A DNA stretch of 64,000 nucleotides from positions 29,574,001-29,638,000 of the forward strand of contig OZ024746.1 in the NCBI GenBank assembly GCA_964016885.1, written 5' to 3'. The translations under genes and the position numbers were made by a program. Shown piece by piece: positions 1 through 14,037 of this stretch (positions are counted from its first letter, which is position 1; each line of letters opens with the position of its first letter). This DNA comes from Eledone cirrhosa. Lineage: Eukaryota. The notes below the pieces were generated by a model that was not told the DNA's origin, searched no databases, and saw nothing but the letters and a program-made list of their open reading frames with translations.

Positions 1-181
1 TCTACTTTAGGCACAAGGCCAGCAATTACCCAGTGCATTACTGGTACTTTATTTTATCGACCCCGTAAGGATGAAAGGCAAAGTCAACCTCGGCGGGATT
101 TGAACTCAGATCGTAAAGGGACGTAACTATGCTGGAAAGCATGGTGTCCGACTCTCTACCGATACTGCCAATTCACCGCCC
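1..181 (-). mobile_element. tRNA-derived SINE, family A (3' end cut by window edge)
   Basis: Near-identical to copies at 18221, 20773, 24941 and 47689; B box GAGTTCAAATCC on minus strand. Confidence 0.9.
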
Positions 182-469
182 TTGCTTCAATAACTCAGCT
201 AGAAATGTGTACCAACAGCAGCTTGTGAAAACCTGCGACAGACAGTTACACAAACGAACAGTGAGGAAGGGTTGGAGTCTTGTGCACTCTTGCCACCGTC
301 TTATTTGTACCAAGATGGGGGGAAAACCATGCAAAACCGAAGTAAGGAAAGAATAATTTCTTGAATATTACCCAATATTGGAGAGAATCATTATTTATAC
401 AGCACATATCTCATTCGCTCCATTAGTAAATAAAATATATAATTATATAAACAAACACAGAATACTTAC

Positions 470-509
<40 letters not shown>

Positions 510-653
510 TCAGAAGCTTTAGATAAGATTTTTCCGAACAGAAATTGAGAATTCAATTACGATCAAATCATATGTAATATGTTATATATATTATTATGTA
601 TGTGATACGATACACACACATACACACACACACACACACACTAACACGCACAT

Positions 654-712
<59 letters not shown>

Positions 713-983
713 GGTATATTATGTTTGCAAGATGAACGATTGAGCGATGTCGTTTTAAAGCGGTATTCTGATTCCCTGTGGCGGGATCAATGTTCTAGAA
801 AGATCTCAGGAAAATATTAAGAAACTAGCGTATATAAATGAATGAAGAATCCCCTGAAGGCAGAGCTATTGCTGATCGCATCACATCGACGACATTGCCA
901 TCGAGATGTATGGGGTGGATTATAATGTATACTTAGCAGAGTTTCAATGGCAAGAAGAAATCAATAACCATATTTCATATTCA

Positions 984-985
<2 letters not shown>

Positions 986-1053
<68 letters not shown>

Positions 1054-1067
1054 TTATATATATATAC

Positions 1068-1098
<31 letters not shown>

Positions 1099-1127
1099 CA
1101 TATATATACATATATACATATATATAC

Positions 1128-1160
<33 letters not shown>

Positions 1161-1212
1161 CATATATATACATATATATATATATGTATACATATATATA
1201 CATATATATACA

Positions 1213-1248
<36 letters not shown>

Positions 1249-1345
1249 CATATATATATACATACATATATACACGCATATATATAAATATACTTATATA
1301 TATACATATATATACATATATATATATATATACTTATATATATAC

Positions 1346-1381
<36 letters not shown>

Positions 1382-1385
1382 ATAC

Positions 1386-1418
<33 letters not shown>

Positions 1419-1569
1419 CATATATATACATACATATATATATATACATATATATACATACATATATATATATATACATATATATACATACATATATATA
1501 TATACATATATATACATACATACATATATATATATACATATATATACATACATACATATATATATATAC

Positions 1570-1667
<98 letters not shown>

Positions 1668-1679
1668 ATATATATGAAC

Positions 1680-1712
<33 letters not shown>

Positions 1713-1822
1713 GGTATGTATGTATATATATATATATATATATATAAATATATATGTTTCTGTCTGTATATGTACATGTGTGTGATATGATATATATACA
1801 CAGACACACACACACACACACA

Positions 1823-1865
<43 letters not shown>

Positions 1866-1866
1866 A
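986..1866. repeat. (AT)n microsatellite with AC interruptions, then (AC)n
   Basis: Direct reading; source of the YI-rich pseudo-ORFs. Confidence 0.95.
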
Positions 1867-1961
1867 TCTTCGAATCATATAATTATTAAACCTCAGAGGA
1901 TATTGAGATAGTGAATGAGATGGAATGTCAAAATGGACGCCATGACGTTAATCTGTCTACG

Positions 1962-2029
<68 letters not shown>

Positions 2030-2030
<1 letters not shown>

Positions 2031-2146
2031 GTTATTCCGGGTTGAATAACGTATATATATATATTTCTTTAGAAATCATCAGGAATCTGATGATTTCTAA
2101 AGAATGAAACAGTTCTAGTCCTGGAGAATCTCATCTATATTAAAAC

Positions 2147-2150
<4 letters not shown>
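2030..2150. repeat. Rearranged copy of HHR element family M, cleavage triplet mutated (GGA for GTA)
   Basis: ctgatgatttctaaagaatgaaacagttctagtcctggagaatc matches 58447-58497; preceded by a short inverted piece. Confidence 0.8.
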
Positions 2151-2177
<27 letters not shown>

Positions 2178-2215
2178 TAGATAGATAGATATATAGATAC
2201 ATATGTACATATATA

Positions 2216-2303
2216 CAAGGTGCCCCCAAAAAAAACAAAATGTATACACACTTCAATAGCATTCTAATAAATGTGTGTATACATTTTTTCAGGAGACCCC
2301 TGT
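2216..2303. mobile_element. ~80-bp Tc1/mariner-type MITE
   Basis: Imperfect palindrome caaggtgccccc..tgtatacaca / tgtgtataca..gagacccctg flanked by TA; relatives at 25413 and 27904. Confidence 0.65.
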
Positions 2304-2362
2304 ATATATTTATATAACCACTCATCTATCTATCTATCTATCTATCTATCTCTTGATCTATC

Positions 2363-2791
2363 ACCTTTCTCTCTGGCCAACAACTGGTCCGTCTCTTCCG
2401 ATATCATTTCGGAAGAAGGATCAGGATGGAGAGAGAGGTACTGCACCCCAGCCGTTTCTATGAAAGATGGGTGAAAGTGGCGAGAATGGCCCGTGTGAAT
2501 GGGCCTTCACTCTACATCAGACTATAGGTGAGGAAGATGAAAGACCAAGGGAGCACCCCTTCTCTGTGCTCCTGAGGAGAAGAGTTGCACACTTTTTTCG
2601 GGGGTGTGTGCGACCCCCCAAGGCGCCTCCTCTCTATTGAGGACTTTGTTATAAATTTTATTTTTTGTTATATTTTATTTTATTTTTATATATTGTTATT
2701 GCCTCCTCCTTATTGAGGACGCCATGTTTTGTAAACTCCCCCCATTGTACTTGTCCCACTTTTGATGCCCTGGTGGCAAATAAAAGAAACA
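2363..2791 (+). mobile_element. 5'-truncated Tx1/L1-clade LINE 3' end with 20-bp TSD
   Basis: gtggcgagaatggcccgtgtgaatgggcct matches the ORF2 end near 47350; AATAAA at 3' end; TSD tatctatctcttgatctatc at 2343-2362 and 2792-2811. Confidence 0.85.
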
Positions 2792-3095
2792 TATCTATCT
2801 CTTGATCTATCTGTCAAGCCGATTATCTATGTATGTTCTTATAAACCTATCTATATATATCTGTCTAGCTTATCTCACTTTCTCCATTACACATGTTTAC
2901 ACCGGAAGTGGAAACCGGTTCGAGGTGATCAGATAAAAATTAAGTAATTGTAATATACTATGATGGAAGTTATCGATTATCTTGCTATATATTAGTTACA
3001 GTAATTTATCGATCACATTATTTCTGTGGAATCAGCATGGCACCCTTATTGATAAAATGATTCATATCAAGTAGGATTTAACAAGCATAACAAGC

Positions 3096-3592
<497 letters not shown>

Positions 3593-3859
3593 TGATATTA
3601 CATCTGCAAACAATATCTTGTGAGTCAATAATAGTAAATGTTAACTTTGATTATTTATAGAGAAAGCGCTCTGTCTTCAAGTTTACATGTTGGTCACCCA
3701 CACACACATGTGTATAAGTATTTATATATATATATATATCGGGTTATCATCAGCATAAGGTTGCCCGCCAACCACCCTACTCACCGAAAGAGATATGAGG
3801 TGCTAAACGCGGACCATCAGTTCATCAGTTTTCATCTACTTCTATTAAGATAGAAGGGA

Positions 3860-4200
3860 AGAGTCTTAAATATATTAATCCATTTATCAGCAAAGGGAAC
3901 TTAAACACACCCCTTGATGAGAAGATTCTCCACATAATTGCTAAGCTTTTAGTACGTTTAGAAATATCGAGACTTTCGTCATGTATTCCCAATTACGATG
4001 GGTTGGGCATATCATCAAAATGAGTGACGATTGAATAGCAAAGGTCCTCATCTGTAGTTATCTCCCCAGTGGTAAAAGGAATGGAAGAAGACCATGGCTC
4101 AGGTATAAGACACTTTTAAGCAGGCGAGCCTGGACTGAAAATAGTGAGGAGCGAGTTGTTATCAACAGTTTTAAATCTAGCTCCCTCCAATAGGCAAAGC
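3860..4200 (+). pseudogene. Degraded RTE-clade LINE fragment (post-RT region)
   Basis: Manual translation QLRWVGHIIKMSDD*IAKVLICSYLPSGKRNGRRPWLRYK, the RTE LRWxGH..G.R..GRP motif. Confidence 0.65.
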
Positions 4201-4231
4201 CAGAGTAGTTAGCCATCATCCGTCGAGATTG

Positions 4232-4336
4232 TCAATCAAATATACGTATAGTTAAAAGTATAGTCCCGACAGAGAGATCACCATTTTTAACTTGAGTTCC
4301 AGAAATTCTTCCACTGTACTCTTGTCGATCATCTTC
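4232..4336 (-). CDS. Candidate terminal coding exon of an unknown host gene
   Basis: ttttcag acceptor, then open frame EDDRQEYSGRISGTQVKNGDLSVGTILLTIRIFD*; non-repetitive; no homology confirmed. Confidence 0.3.
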   Translation of the reverse strand, partial: EDDRQEYSGRISGTQVKNGDLSVGTILLTIRIFD

Positions 4337-4707
4337 CTGAAAACTCCAATATGAATATACGTACACATTAATTTCATGTCTGATCCATTGATCAAACGAT
4401 GGAACGCTCATTGTCGAAATCGACGGAGGTTCATTTCACACACTGTTATTAATATAACCCTGGCTTATGTCTCTCACGTATCGTAAAGACTACTTTTAAC
4501 AATTTAATTAACTTATGTTTTAATTAACTTATGTTTTAACCCAGAAGATGTATAATATCAATATCAATATAATCACGCCAAGGTCAATTGATAGATTTTG
4601 AAATTGACCTACTAATGTCTATTAATACTACTATAAGTGACGGTATATATATAAACCTCCGTACGTATTTACTTGTGGTTGTTTAGATAATAAGGAACCC
4701 GCCGAAA

Positions 4708-5147
4708 CTACTCAATCGGTTTCTTGTTTCTGCTTGTAGATGGCCTGCCTGAGCGTTCCTCGTTCTCCATTGAGGTGCAGCCATGTTTGAAGCAGTTGTA
4801 CCACTGCTTGGTCTGAGTTTTGCCTATGATATCGTCGCTAAACGCCTGCTGAATCTTCTCAGTTGTTTGAGCTTGACTATCACCAAGCCTTCGGCAAAAC
4901 CTGATGCAATGTCTCTGTTTGATGCATTCGGTCATCTTCCGTGAAAACGAAAAATCCCACGAGCGCGTCCTACACGTTTCTATTCTAGGCATAAAATCAG
5001 GGAACTGACGAGGCATGCGGGCGCGAAATTTTCACGCGTGTGGAAGAGGGGTTGTGTCACCTCATACTCCAAACCAAACGATTTTTGCCCACCCAGCTTT
5101 AGTTTTAGCAGGAGAACCATATCGAATATCCCTTGAACGCATCGTGT
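4708..5147 (-). mobile_element. mariner transposon 5' fragment (N-terminal HTH)
   Basis: KQRHCIRFCRRLG..IQQAF..KQWYNCFKHG.TSMENEERSGRP; TIR-like end next to TA near 5147. Confidence 0.85.
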
Positions 5148-5243
5148 ATATATATATATACTAATATATTATATATACGTATATATCGTGAACCTAATAT
5201 AATTATGTATCTTGCATTCCTGTGTTTGTTTTGTTTCCTTTAT

Positions 5244-5329
<86 letters not shown>

Positions 5330-5532
5330 GTGAAAAGGAGAGATAGATATTGAGAGACTAAACGAGTCGGGTCAATTTAGCCCAATCAGCAATCAGTGAC
5401 AAAAAAATGATATTTAAATATTTATATGTGCGTTGTAGCAGTTTTCACAAGCCAACATAATTTCAAGATATAACGTTCGTCTAGCCTTTACAATAATCAA
5501 GTGGTTGTGCACAAATATATATATATATTGGT

Positions 5533-5598
<66 letters not shown>

Positions 5599-6031
5599 AA
5601 GTTTTACATATACATAAAGTCACAGATATATATATGGCAACCGGTCACGTTGTGGCTCAATGAAGAATTAATAAATTAAATAATCAGAGAAATATATCAT
5701 AAATCATGTCCTTAGAATTATTAGCTAAAATATATACCATTTCCTCTCCCAATTAGCATACTTAACCATATAAAAAAATCAATTAGACCAGGCTATAAGA
5801 ATAAAGGCTCCTATGAAGAAATATCTGATAAATAACCGAAAGCGGCCTCTTCGCGGTGACCACAATAGAGTATTTACCCAACATTTCAACAGCATGTAGA
5901 AACTGACTAAATATACCGTCAACCATACACAATTAGGTGTAAATTTAAACTTAGAAGAAACGTGACATACCGTAATTACATCTCGAGGGAGTGGTATATA
6001 TTGTATCTAATAATTCTTAGGACATGATTTA

Positions 6032-6092
<61 letters not shown>

Positions 6093-6459
6093 ATATAAGT
6101 ACGTATACGTACATGGTGGCTGCCAACTCGTTTTCGAGTACGGCCACTACTTTATATCCATGTAGGAGAACCCCTACCGATGCGCTGAACGAGTGTGACT
6201 TTTTAGTCCAGCCAGCGACTTGAAAACTCTGGTACAAACACTACACTTGTGACAATTATTGACACATAGTGCTGGGCCCATGGTACCATGTGATGACAAG
6301 TGCAGAGAGAACTCCAGATATAAAGCAATGCCTGTGCCGTGAAGCTTTTATAGTGAGCAAAGGCACTGCACAAAGCCAGTAACACTCTCTTAACCAAGAT
6401 GATATTTACCAAAAAGAAGAACAAGTCAACATCAATGGATACCATCAGGGTTGCAGGTG

Positions 6460-6720
6460 TTATATCAGAGTTTTCCGTCTCCTAGAATTCTGCCTTGACA
6501 AAGGCTAAGGGGTCATCTCTCCCGGTGATTTTGGATGGCCATTGACTCTTAAGAGCTCCTTTGCCCTTTGACAGGTTTTGTTTTTAGTCCTGCAGGATGT
6601 TCAAAGTCACCCTCCTCACCAAGAAACCTTGGTGGGGTTGCCAGTTTAGTCGCCAACGACCCGACCATGAGACAGGTTGTACTGGGATACATGTTACCAG
6701 TAGCACCAACTGGTGACCTG
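6460..6720 (-). mobile_element. Probable RTE-type 5'UTR or RTE-derived short element
   Basis: GC-richer island with motifs recalled from RTE 5' UTRs; not aligned. Confidence 0.3.
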
Positions 6721-6730
6721 ACATACATAT

Positions 6731-6797
6731 GTATGTATACGTACATACATATATGTATACAGACGTACAGTAGTATGTATATATATATACATACATG

Positions 6798-6860
<63 letters not shown>

Positions 6861-7311
6861 GTATGGATTTACCGAACATTTATTATAATGCTCGGTTTGT
6901 TCTTAAACAAACATACATCCCGAATTAAGCCGTACAGTGTCTAGCAACCATCGTTGCCACGTATTTAATTTAAGTATCAGCCGTACTAAGAATGAAAAAT
7001 GAAATCTCGTTTCATTTTTTCCATTTATCGTTTTCGGTGCGCCCGGCCGATTAACTCACTCGATATGCAAATTAGGCTCCTCAGCCGTTAATATGCATAA
7101 GGAAGGTATATACTTTCAGACGTTCAATCATCTGGCAGGAAGGTATAAGGTGCTGACGATAGCTAATAAGCTTGAAACTAGTACATCATTCCTTTGTCAG
7201 TGTTGAACAAAAGAGCAACGATGGTTGCTAAACACTGTACCGCTTAATTCGGGATGTTTGTTTGTTTACAAACAAACCGAGCATTATAATAAATGTTCGG
7301 TAAATCCATAC

Positions 7312-7364
<53 letters not shown>

Positions 7365-7494
7365 CATGTATGTATATATATACATACTACTGTACGTCTG
7401 TATACATATATGCATGTACGTATACATACTTATATTTAAGTAACAGCCGTACTAAGAGTGAGAAATGAAATTTCGTTTAATTTTATCCATTTAT
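6731..7494 (+). mobile_element. HHR-containing non-coding retroelement: 466-bp monomer with terminal redundancy plus upstream inverted partial copy
   Basis: Direct repeat 6968-7028 / 7434-7494; inverted arms 6731-6957 / 7215-7429; partial copy at 37193-37381. Confidence 0.75.
7149..7187 (+). ncRNA. Minimal type I hammerhead ribozyme
   Basis: ggtg CTGACGA t-agc-taataa-gct-t GAAA ctag TA catc; stem I ggtg/catc; GUA site. Confidence 0.7.
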
Positions 7495-7499
7495 ATATA

Positions 7500-9445
7500 C
7501 AATTTTAATTGAAAATCATAGTAATTGTGAAATTAATAAGAAAAGTAAATCCATAATACAATTCTTCAATAGCTACAACCTTAAGTCAGAAATAGAGAAT
7601 AACTATGAAATTGTTAACTTTTTAGAATGTAACATTAAACCTTAACACAGGGCTCTACTATCCATTCCATAAAATCAATGAGAATCTAAACTATGCAAGT
7701 TTTAACCCTAATCATCCTAGATCTATCAAGAACACTATTGTCAATTCTGTCCAACAACGGATTTCACGCATCTCCGCTAATAAAAACATTTTTGACGATA
7801 AGGCAGAATATTATAATGAAGCTTTAAATAGAGCAGGGTATTCAAATAAGATTAAATACATCGACAACAGTAATAAAGCAAATCACCCTACTATTAATTG
7901 TAATAATAATAACAAATTTAACTTAAACTCTAAAACTAACAGAAGAAATATTATTTGGTACTCACCCTCATTCTCATTAAGCGTAAAAACACCTTTAGCA
8001 AAGCTATTCTTTAAGGCACTAGATAAATGTTTTCCTTAAAGCCCACAGATACCACTCAATCTTTAACAGACATACTATAAAACTATCCTATTCTACTACT
8101 ATGAACATAGCACAAAATATAAATAGAATTAATAATAGAAATTTAAGCCCTAACCCAAATAACCAAAATAGCAGTAATATCTCTAGCAATATCAAACTTA
8201 ATAATACCGTTCCGAACAACAACAACTCCGCAAAATGTAACTGTAGAATTAAATCAAACTGTCCTTTACAAAATAAGTGTTTAGATAAAAACGTGGTCTA
8301 TAAATGCACAGTTAAAACTAGTGATAATATATTTAACTAGGTCGGTGCAACTTCTACAGAATTTAAAAGTCGCTGGAATAACCACAATTGTTCTTTCCGA
8401 AGAATTGATAAAGAATCATCAACTTCTCTTTCAAACCTGATATGGAACTTAAAATGCAAGAACATGGACTACTCATTAGCTTGGGAAACAGTTTCCAAGC
8501 ACCCGCGTAACGAAACAGCTTTATCTAGATTCTGCAAATTGTGTATTGAGGAAATGTTTTCCATACTTAAATGTAAAACTCTATTAATTCTTGTAGACAT
8601 CGCAAGAATTCAACATTCAGAACTATATATAACTTATAATTATACTTATAATAATTTTACTTATTTCCATAACAATCTCATCCACTTGCTTTTAATATAT
8701 TGATATCTCTAAATCATAATATCTATAACATTTGCTGTAATTCCACTTCTTAAAGTTTCATAAAATATATACGTATATAATTCTAATTTTTTTTAAATTT
8801 TAATTTTAATAATTTTTATTTCTTTAACTTTTATTTCTTTAAAAATTACTTATCTCTTATAAATTATTTAAAAAAAATTTTTTCTCATATTTTTCAATAT
8901 TTTTTCAATACTTTTTAAATATTTTTTCAATACTTTATCAATATTTTTTCAATACTTTTTCAATAGATTTATAACAACTAACTGATTCTGGCTAAATGTA
9001 TCTTTCAACATCTATACTTATTTTGACTAAATAGTCTCACACTAACGGATAAATAAATTAAACCGGAGTTTTTTCCGTATATTCCCATTTTAAATCATAT
9101 AAATATAAATATTCTTCTTAACTCAGTTAATTTAATTTAATTTAACTTAATATTTATTTACATTAAATACAAAACCAATATCTCTCATAACTCATTAGAA
9201 CAATTATCTATAACATGATATACCCATCTATTTATTTATTTATTTATTTATCTATCTACTTATAACAGAAGAAAAATATTATATTATAAACAAATTTTAA
9301 ACAATTAATAATCGTAAATACACGTACTATTAAGATAAATATACTTAGAATATATTTCCCTCAAATTAACGTTATATGAGTTTTTATTCATCTTCTCTTG
9401 TTTCTTTCTTCTCTCTCTCGCACTATTTTATCCTTCTCCTCTTAT

Positions 9446-9519
<74 letters not shown>

Positions 9520-9781
9520 GTCGTTTAAATAAACGGTTGTTTTTCAATTATTTACATATTCATTTGCTTATTCACCCATAAGTTTGAAAAATCCCTAATA
9601 TATTTCCACTATCCAGAGAATATCCAACCGATAAGGTATGATTTTCATGGGTATGTCTCGATTTATAAAACAAACTTTGCATTTTATCTGAGGAGAGCGT
9701 ACCAATGTGTCTTGGTACCCTTGAAATATATATAATTATATAAATATGGTTTTATAAATATAGTTTCCATTTATTTAATAC

Positions 9782-9790
<9 letters not shown>
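7500..9790 (+). mobile_element. 5'-truncated Penelope-like retroelement (RT C-terminus, GIY-YIG endonuclease, 3' pLTR with HHR), disrupted
   Basis: IVNFL/VTLNLNTGLYYPFHK..NHP; RRNIIWYSP; CNCRIKSNCPLQNKCLDKNVVYKC..*VGATSTEFKSRWNNH; FCKLCIEE; stops and frameshifts. Confidence 0.9.
9681..9742 (+). ncRNA. Type I HHR in Penelope 3' pLTR, stem I degenerate
   Basis: CTGAGGA gag-c-gtaccaa-tgtgtc-ttggtac-c-ctt GAAA tatata TA. Confidence 0.7.
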
Positions 9791-9857
<67 letters not shown>

Positions 9858-9859
9858 GC

Positions 9860-10050
9860 TAAAAGGAAACGGATAAATAATAATGGCCAAATGAATTAAC
9901 AATGGAGATATAAAAGATGTAGAAGCGAAAACCAACCAAACAGTCAGTGTGTTCTGTTATTATTTCTGGCAATAGTATTACAACAATATGACCATCCCCA
10001 AGTATAACAATATTTGTTTCGACACACGATTTCATTAAAAACCTCGCAAA
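9860..10050. repeat. Unclassified interspersed repeat
   Basis: aacaatatgaccatccccaagtataacaatatttgtttcgacacacgatttc recurs inverted at 23000-23160 and at 49218-49300. Confidence 0.75.
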
Positions 10051-10136
10051 AAAATATATATACATATATATCTATATATCTATATATCTATATCTAACTA
10101 TCTCTCTCTCTCTCTATATATATATATATCTAACTA

Positions 10137-10173
<37 letters not shown>

Positions 10174-10175
10174 CT

Positions 10176-10296
<121 letters not shown>

Positions 10297-10751
10297 GGTG
10301 GTTGTTTTTGTAGGGTGGTAGGTTTGTATGTATATAAGGACGTATGCATATATCGAAGTGTGATCGAAGTGTGTATGTAGATATAATTGTATGTAATCAG
10401 GTACGTGTATATGTATGCGTACAAGATGGTGAGTGTGTATACATTCATCCATTTATTTTTGGAAGTTACTCTCCAACAATTTCAGAAGAATTGGCATAAA
10501 AGAATGAAAGTATGTGTTGCCTTATTGATTTTGCTGTCAAACGAGAATCTCTCCATTATTTTGGAGGAGTCGTTAATATATAGCTACTTTAGATATCATC
10601 CTAACCTACAATTATCTACACCAAATCAGTGTTGCCACATCCGCTATTTATATTAACATCTACACAAAATCACACACATGCATACATACAATCATTCGCG
10701 CGCACACTTATATATATATTATATATATATATACAAATGCACACACACACA

Positions 10752-10919
<168 letters not shown>

Positions 10920-11091
10920 CACTCACACGTAAGTGAAGTAGGAATGTAAGGTAACCTTTGATTTAAAATTGTTGACTGACAGAATTTTATCGTAATGTCC
11001 TCGTAATTTTGCAGGGGAAGAAATGGCGCCCGTTAAATCTACAAAACTACGCGTTAGTTCATTACACACACACACACACACACACACCCAC

Positions 11092-11124
<33 letters not shown>

Positions 11125-11324
11125 CATACTTATATTTTTATTATTTTATCATTTTATGTGTTCCAATCATTAGACGACAGCCATTCTAGATCTCTGCCTT
11201 GAAGGGATTCTGTCGACTATATTGATCATACTAGTTATTCGTTCTTGTCTGCTAGTAATTTTATTGATCTCTTCTTATCGAACGGCTAAGTTAGTGGACA
11301 TGAACAAACAGCATATATAGACTT

Positions 11325-11415
<91 letters not shown>

Positions 11416-11483
11416 TATGTATCCTCAGGTGGTTGACCAGAGCTTCGTGATTGAAATTGTGCAGATGGAAAATACCCAGGATC

Positions 11484-11569
<86 letters not shown>

Positions 11570-11925
11570 TTATTAAAATAACAGATTAAAGTTTAAGCAA
11601 AAAATCGCTGCTTTCACCCTTAACCGGATCTTCTGTAACTAACAAAGTAAATCTGTGAACGCAAAAGTAAATATTTCAAAAAACGTTGCAACCGAAGGAA
11701 GAGAGGGAGACGATACTTTGGTTCGTGGAAACGTTCCCTGGCAAAGAACGAAAAAAAAACGAAGATAATACGTCATTATTTGGAGCGGTGAAAACAATTA
11801 CACGCAAAGACAAAACCACGTTTATGGTATAAATGAAGTCGTAGACTAATATTCTATTAGGTGGTTCTTATATATTTATCCTTATCGAGCCGCCCTTGGA
11901 TTTTAGTCTTCAAATTTATTATTAT

Positions 11926-11981
<56 letters not shown>

Positions 11982-12091
11982 TAAAGTTGAGACAATAAAC
12001 AGAAAACAAAAAACAACAACGTGGAAGCGAAGAGGCAGTATAAATGTTAATATTAGTTTCACGCTTGATACATAGATACACACACACACAC

Positions 12092-12134
<43 letters not shown>

Positions 12135-14037
12135 CTTTAGGTTTGTTGATTCACCACTGGATAGAACTGGTCATTCCGTATGGTGAATCCTGGTGTAATA
12201 TTGTGAAGAGTACTCAACGCTGTGCAGTTCACCCATCTTCGTTTGTATAGCTGGTGGTGCGAATACGGAGTTAATTATAAATAAAATAAAATAACAGGAG
12301 GCTGGACTGGTGTAAATCCTTGAAAGGTTTATTATACTATGATCATTTCAATGACCGGGTTCCATATGAATCCGGTGATATCATCAGGTATTGGAATATA
12401 ACAAAGGAATATGTAAAAAACCATGGGTCCGAAAAATCAGAGACAGAGACAAAGAGGACGACTGACCAACTAGCTGCTCGGCCAGTCGCCCTCAAAGTGG
12501 TGGCAACTGAATCTACTAATAAATATCTGGCGAGGGGGCGAAGGCTTATAATGCACTACGACCACCCCATCAAAGAAAAAGAGGAAGAAAGAAAGAAAGG
12601 GAGAAAGAAGTCAGTGTAAGGGTCACACTACATTTATGCTAGAAAATGCCGCGAAAAAATGCTACTCCAAAGAATCTATAATGGGTGTCTGTATGGTCTA
12701 ATGTGTGAACCGAAGATTGGAACGTTAAACTTATGTTGCGAGTTATAGGATGAAATGAAATTAAATTAAAAATATTAAATTGCAAAATGATAAATTGAAA
12801 AATAAGTTATTAGAGAATTAAAGGTTAAGGTAGCGAGATTTATTTATTTAATGAACTTACGGAGAGAGTCTTATATGAAAAAATTTATCTCGATAAGATA
12901 TTAAGATGGGATATAGAGTAAAGACTTCGATTGGGAGTCCCAGCCAGCACCCCCCCGCCCCCCACCATGAGTCAGCCAGTCTCGAGTGGTATCGTCCAGC
13001 GAAAGAAATCGAAATTAATTTTGCCGATTACTCTAGGAACGTAGCTACCTTAGGCCCCGGGAGCGCTAGCGGGAACTCCTCAATTTCGACAGGCCATTGT
13101 CTATACCAAACGAATACTATTAAATCACACATGAGGGGTTTATTTACGTGCCAGTAGAGGCATGTTACAGCTAATAGTTATGCCTAAACCTGGAGTTTAT
13201 AGGTATAAGTATAATGTGGCGGCCAAAACAGGCGGCGCGGTGGCACTGAGGCAAAGCAACCCGCTCCGAGTAATTTCGTTTACCGAAAGAGGAGAAATTT
13301 ATTTTTCCGAGCACTCAATGAAGGCTGAACTTTCCGAGTGCCCAGCGCACAGCCGGGAAAAGCCACCACACAAGACGAAGGTAGCAACCCAATGAAAAGT
13401 GCTAATAGACCAAAATTATTTTAAAGTCCCAGTTAGTCCGGGTTATAAGTAGTGTGGTTCTTAGGTGGGTAGGGGGATATGAAAGGTGCATAATGACCTG
13501 AGTAAGGAAAGTTACAAAAAATAATAAAAGCAGCATACAAAGATAAAATACAAATATAAAGATAGAAAACATAAAGATAAAAATACATTAATAAAATAAT
13601 AAAAAAAAAAATAATAATAAAATAATAAAAAAATATACATTAATGAAATAATAAAAGAAATTAATAAAGGTAAATAAGAATCAATATAGATCAAGTTGTA
13701 GTAAGATAATACAGTTTGTACATATAGATATAGATATAGAAGATGGAGGAGATGGAATGGAAACGGGTCTCCGAATTCAGTGTGAGTCACACAAAGTCCT
13801 GAGGTATAGTGTAGAGAATTCAGTCAATACAATACATGTTTTAGTATAATACGTAGAGTTTTGTCGGAATCGGAATCATCCCGACAAGGAAGTAGTATCA
13901 GATGGCGGTAGATAAGGCGCAGAGCAGCCAAAATCCGAATGGTAAGTAGATCAGTTAATCCCATGCTGGCAATAGTTGTACACTGAAGTCAGTGCTTTTC
14001 ATTGGGTTGCTACCTTCGACTTGTGTGGTGGCTTTTC
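12135..14037 (-). mobile_element. Putative non-coding HHR-bearing element with 45-bp inverted repeat
   Basis: HHR near 3' end; 13357-13400 is the reverse complement of 13994-14037; boundaries uncertain. Confidence 0.4.
12334..12391 (-). ncRNA. Type I HHR
   Basis: atac CTGATGA tat-c-accgg..ccggt-c-att GAAA tgatca TA gtat, then AATAAA. Confidence 0.8.

Noticed and set aside
720-980. [11 protein letters not shown] resembles the Merlin/ISXO2 transposase YLxEFxWR motif
   Set aside because: Single short motif; no catalytic residues or TIRs recognised
906-1878. Long YI/VC-rich ORFs here and at 3062-3628, 21123-21597 and 50853-53587
   Set aside because: Translations of dinucleotide microsatellites, which lack stop codons
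11014-11051. Possible plus-strand exon [10 protein letters not shown] between ttttgcag and gttagt
   Set aside because: No partner exons or homology; expected by chance
11590-11640. HHR-like relic on minus strand (CAGAAGA..GAAA); similar relics near 23233, 27570 and 31455
   Set aside because: Core mutated or stems incomplete; not called as ribozymes
13850-13990. Faint resemblance to a DIRS tyrosine recombinase C-terminus on minus strand
   Set aside because: No HSxRxG or GRW motif
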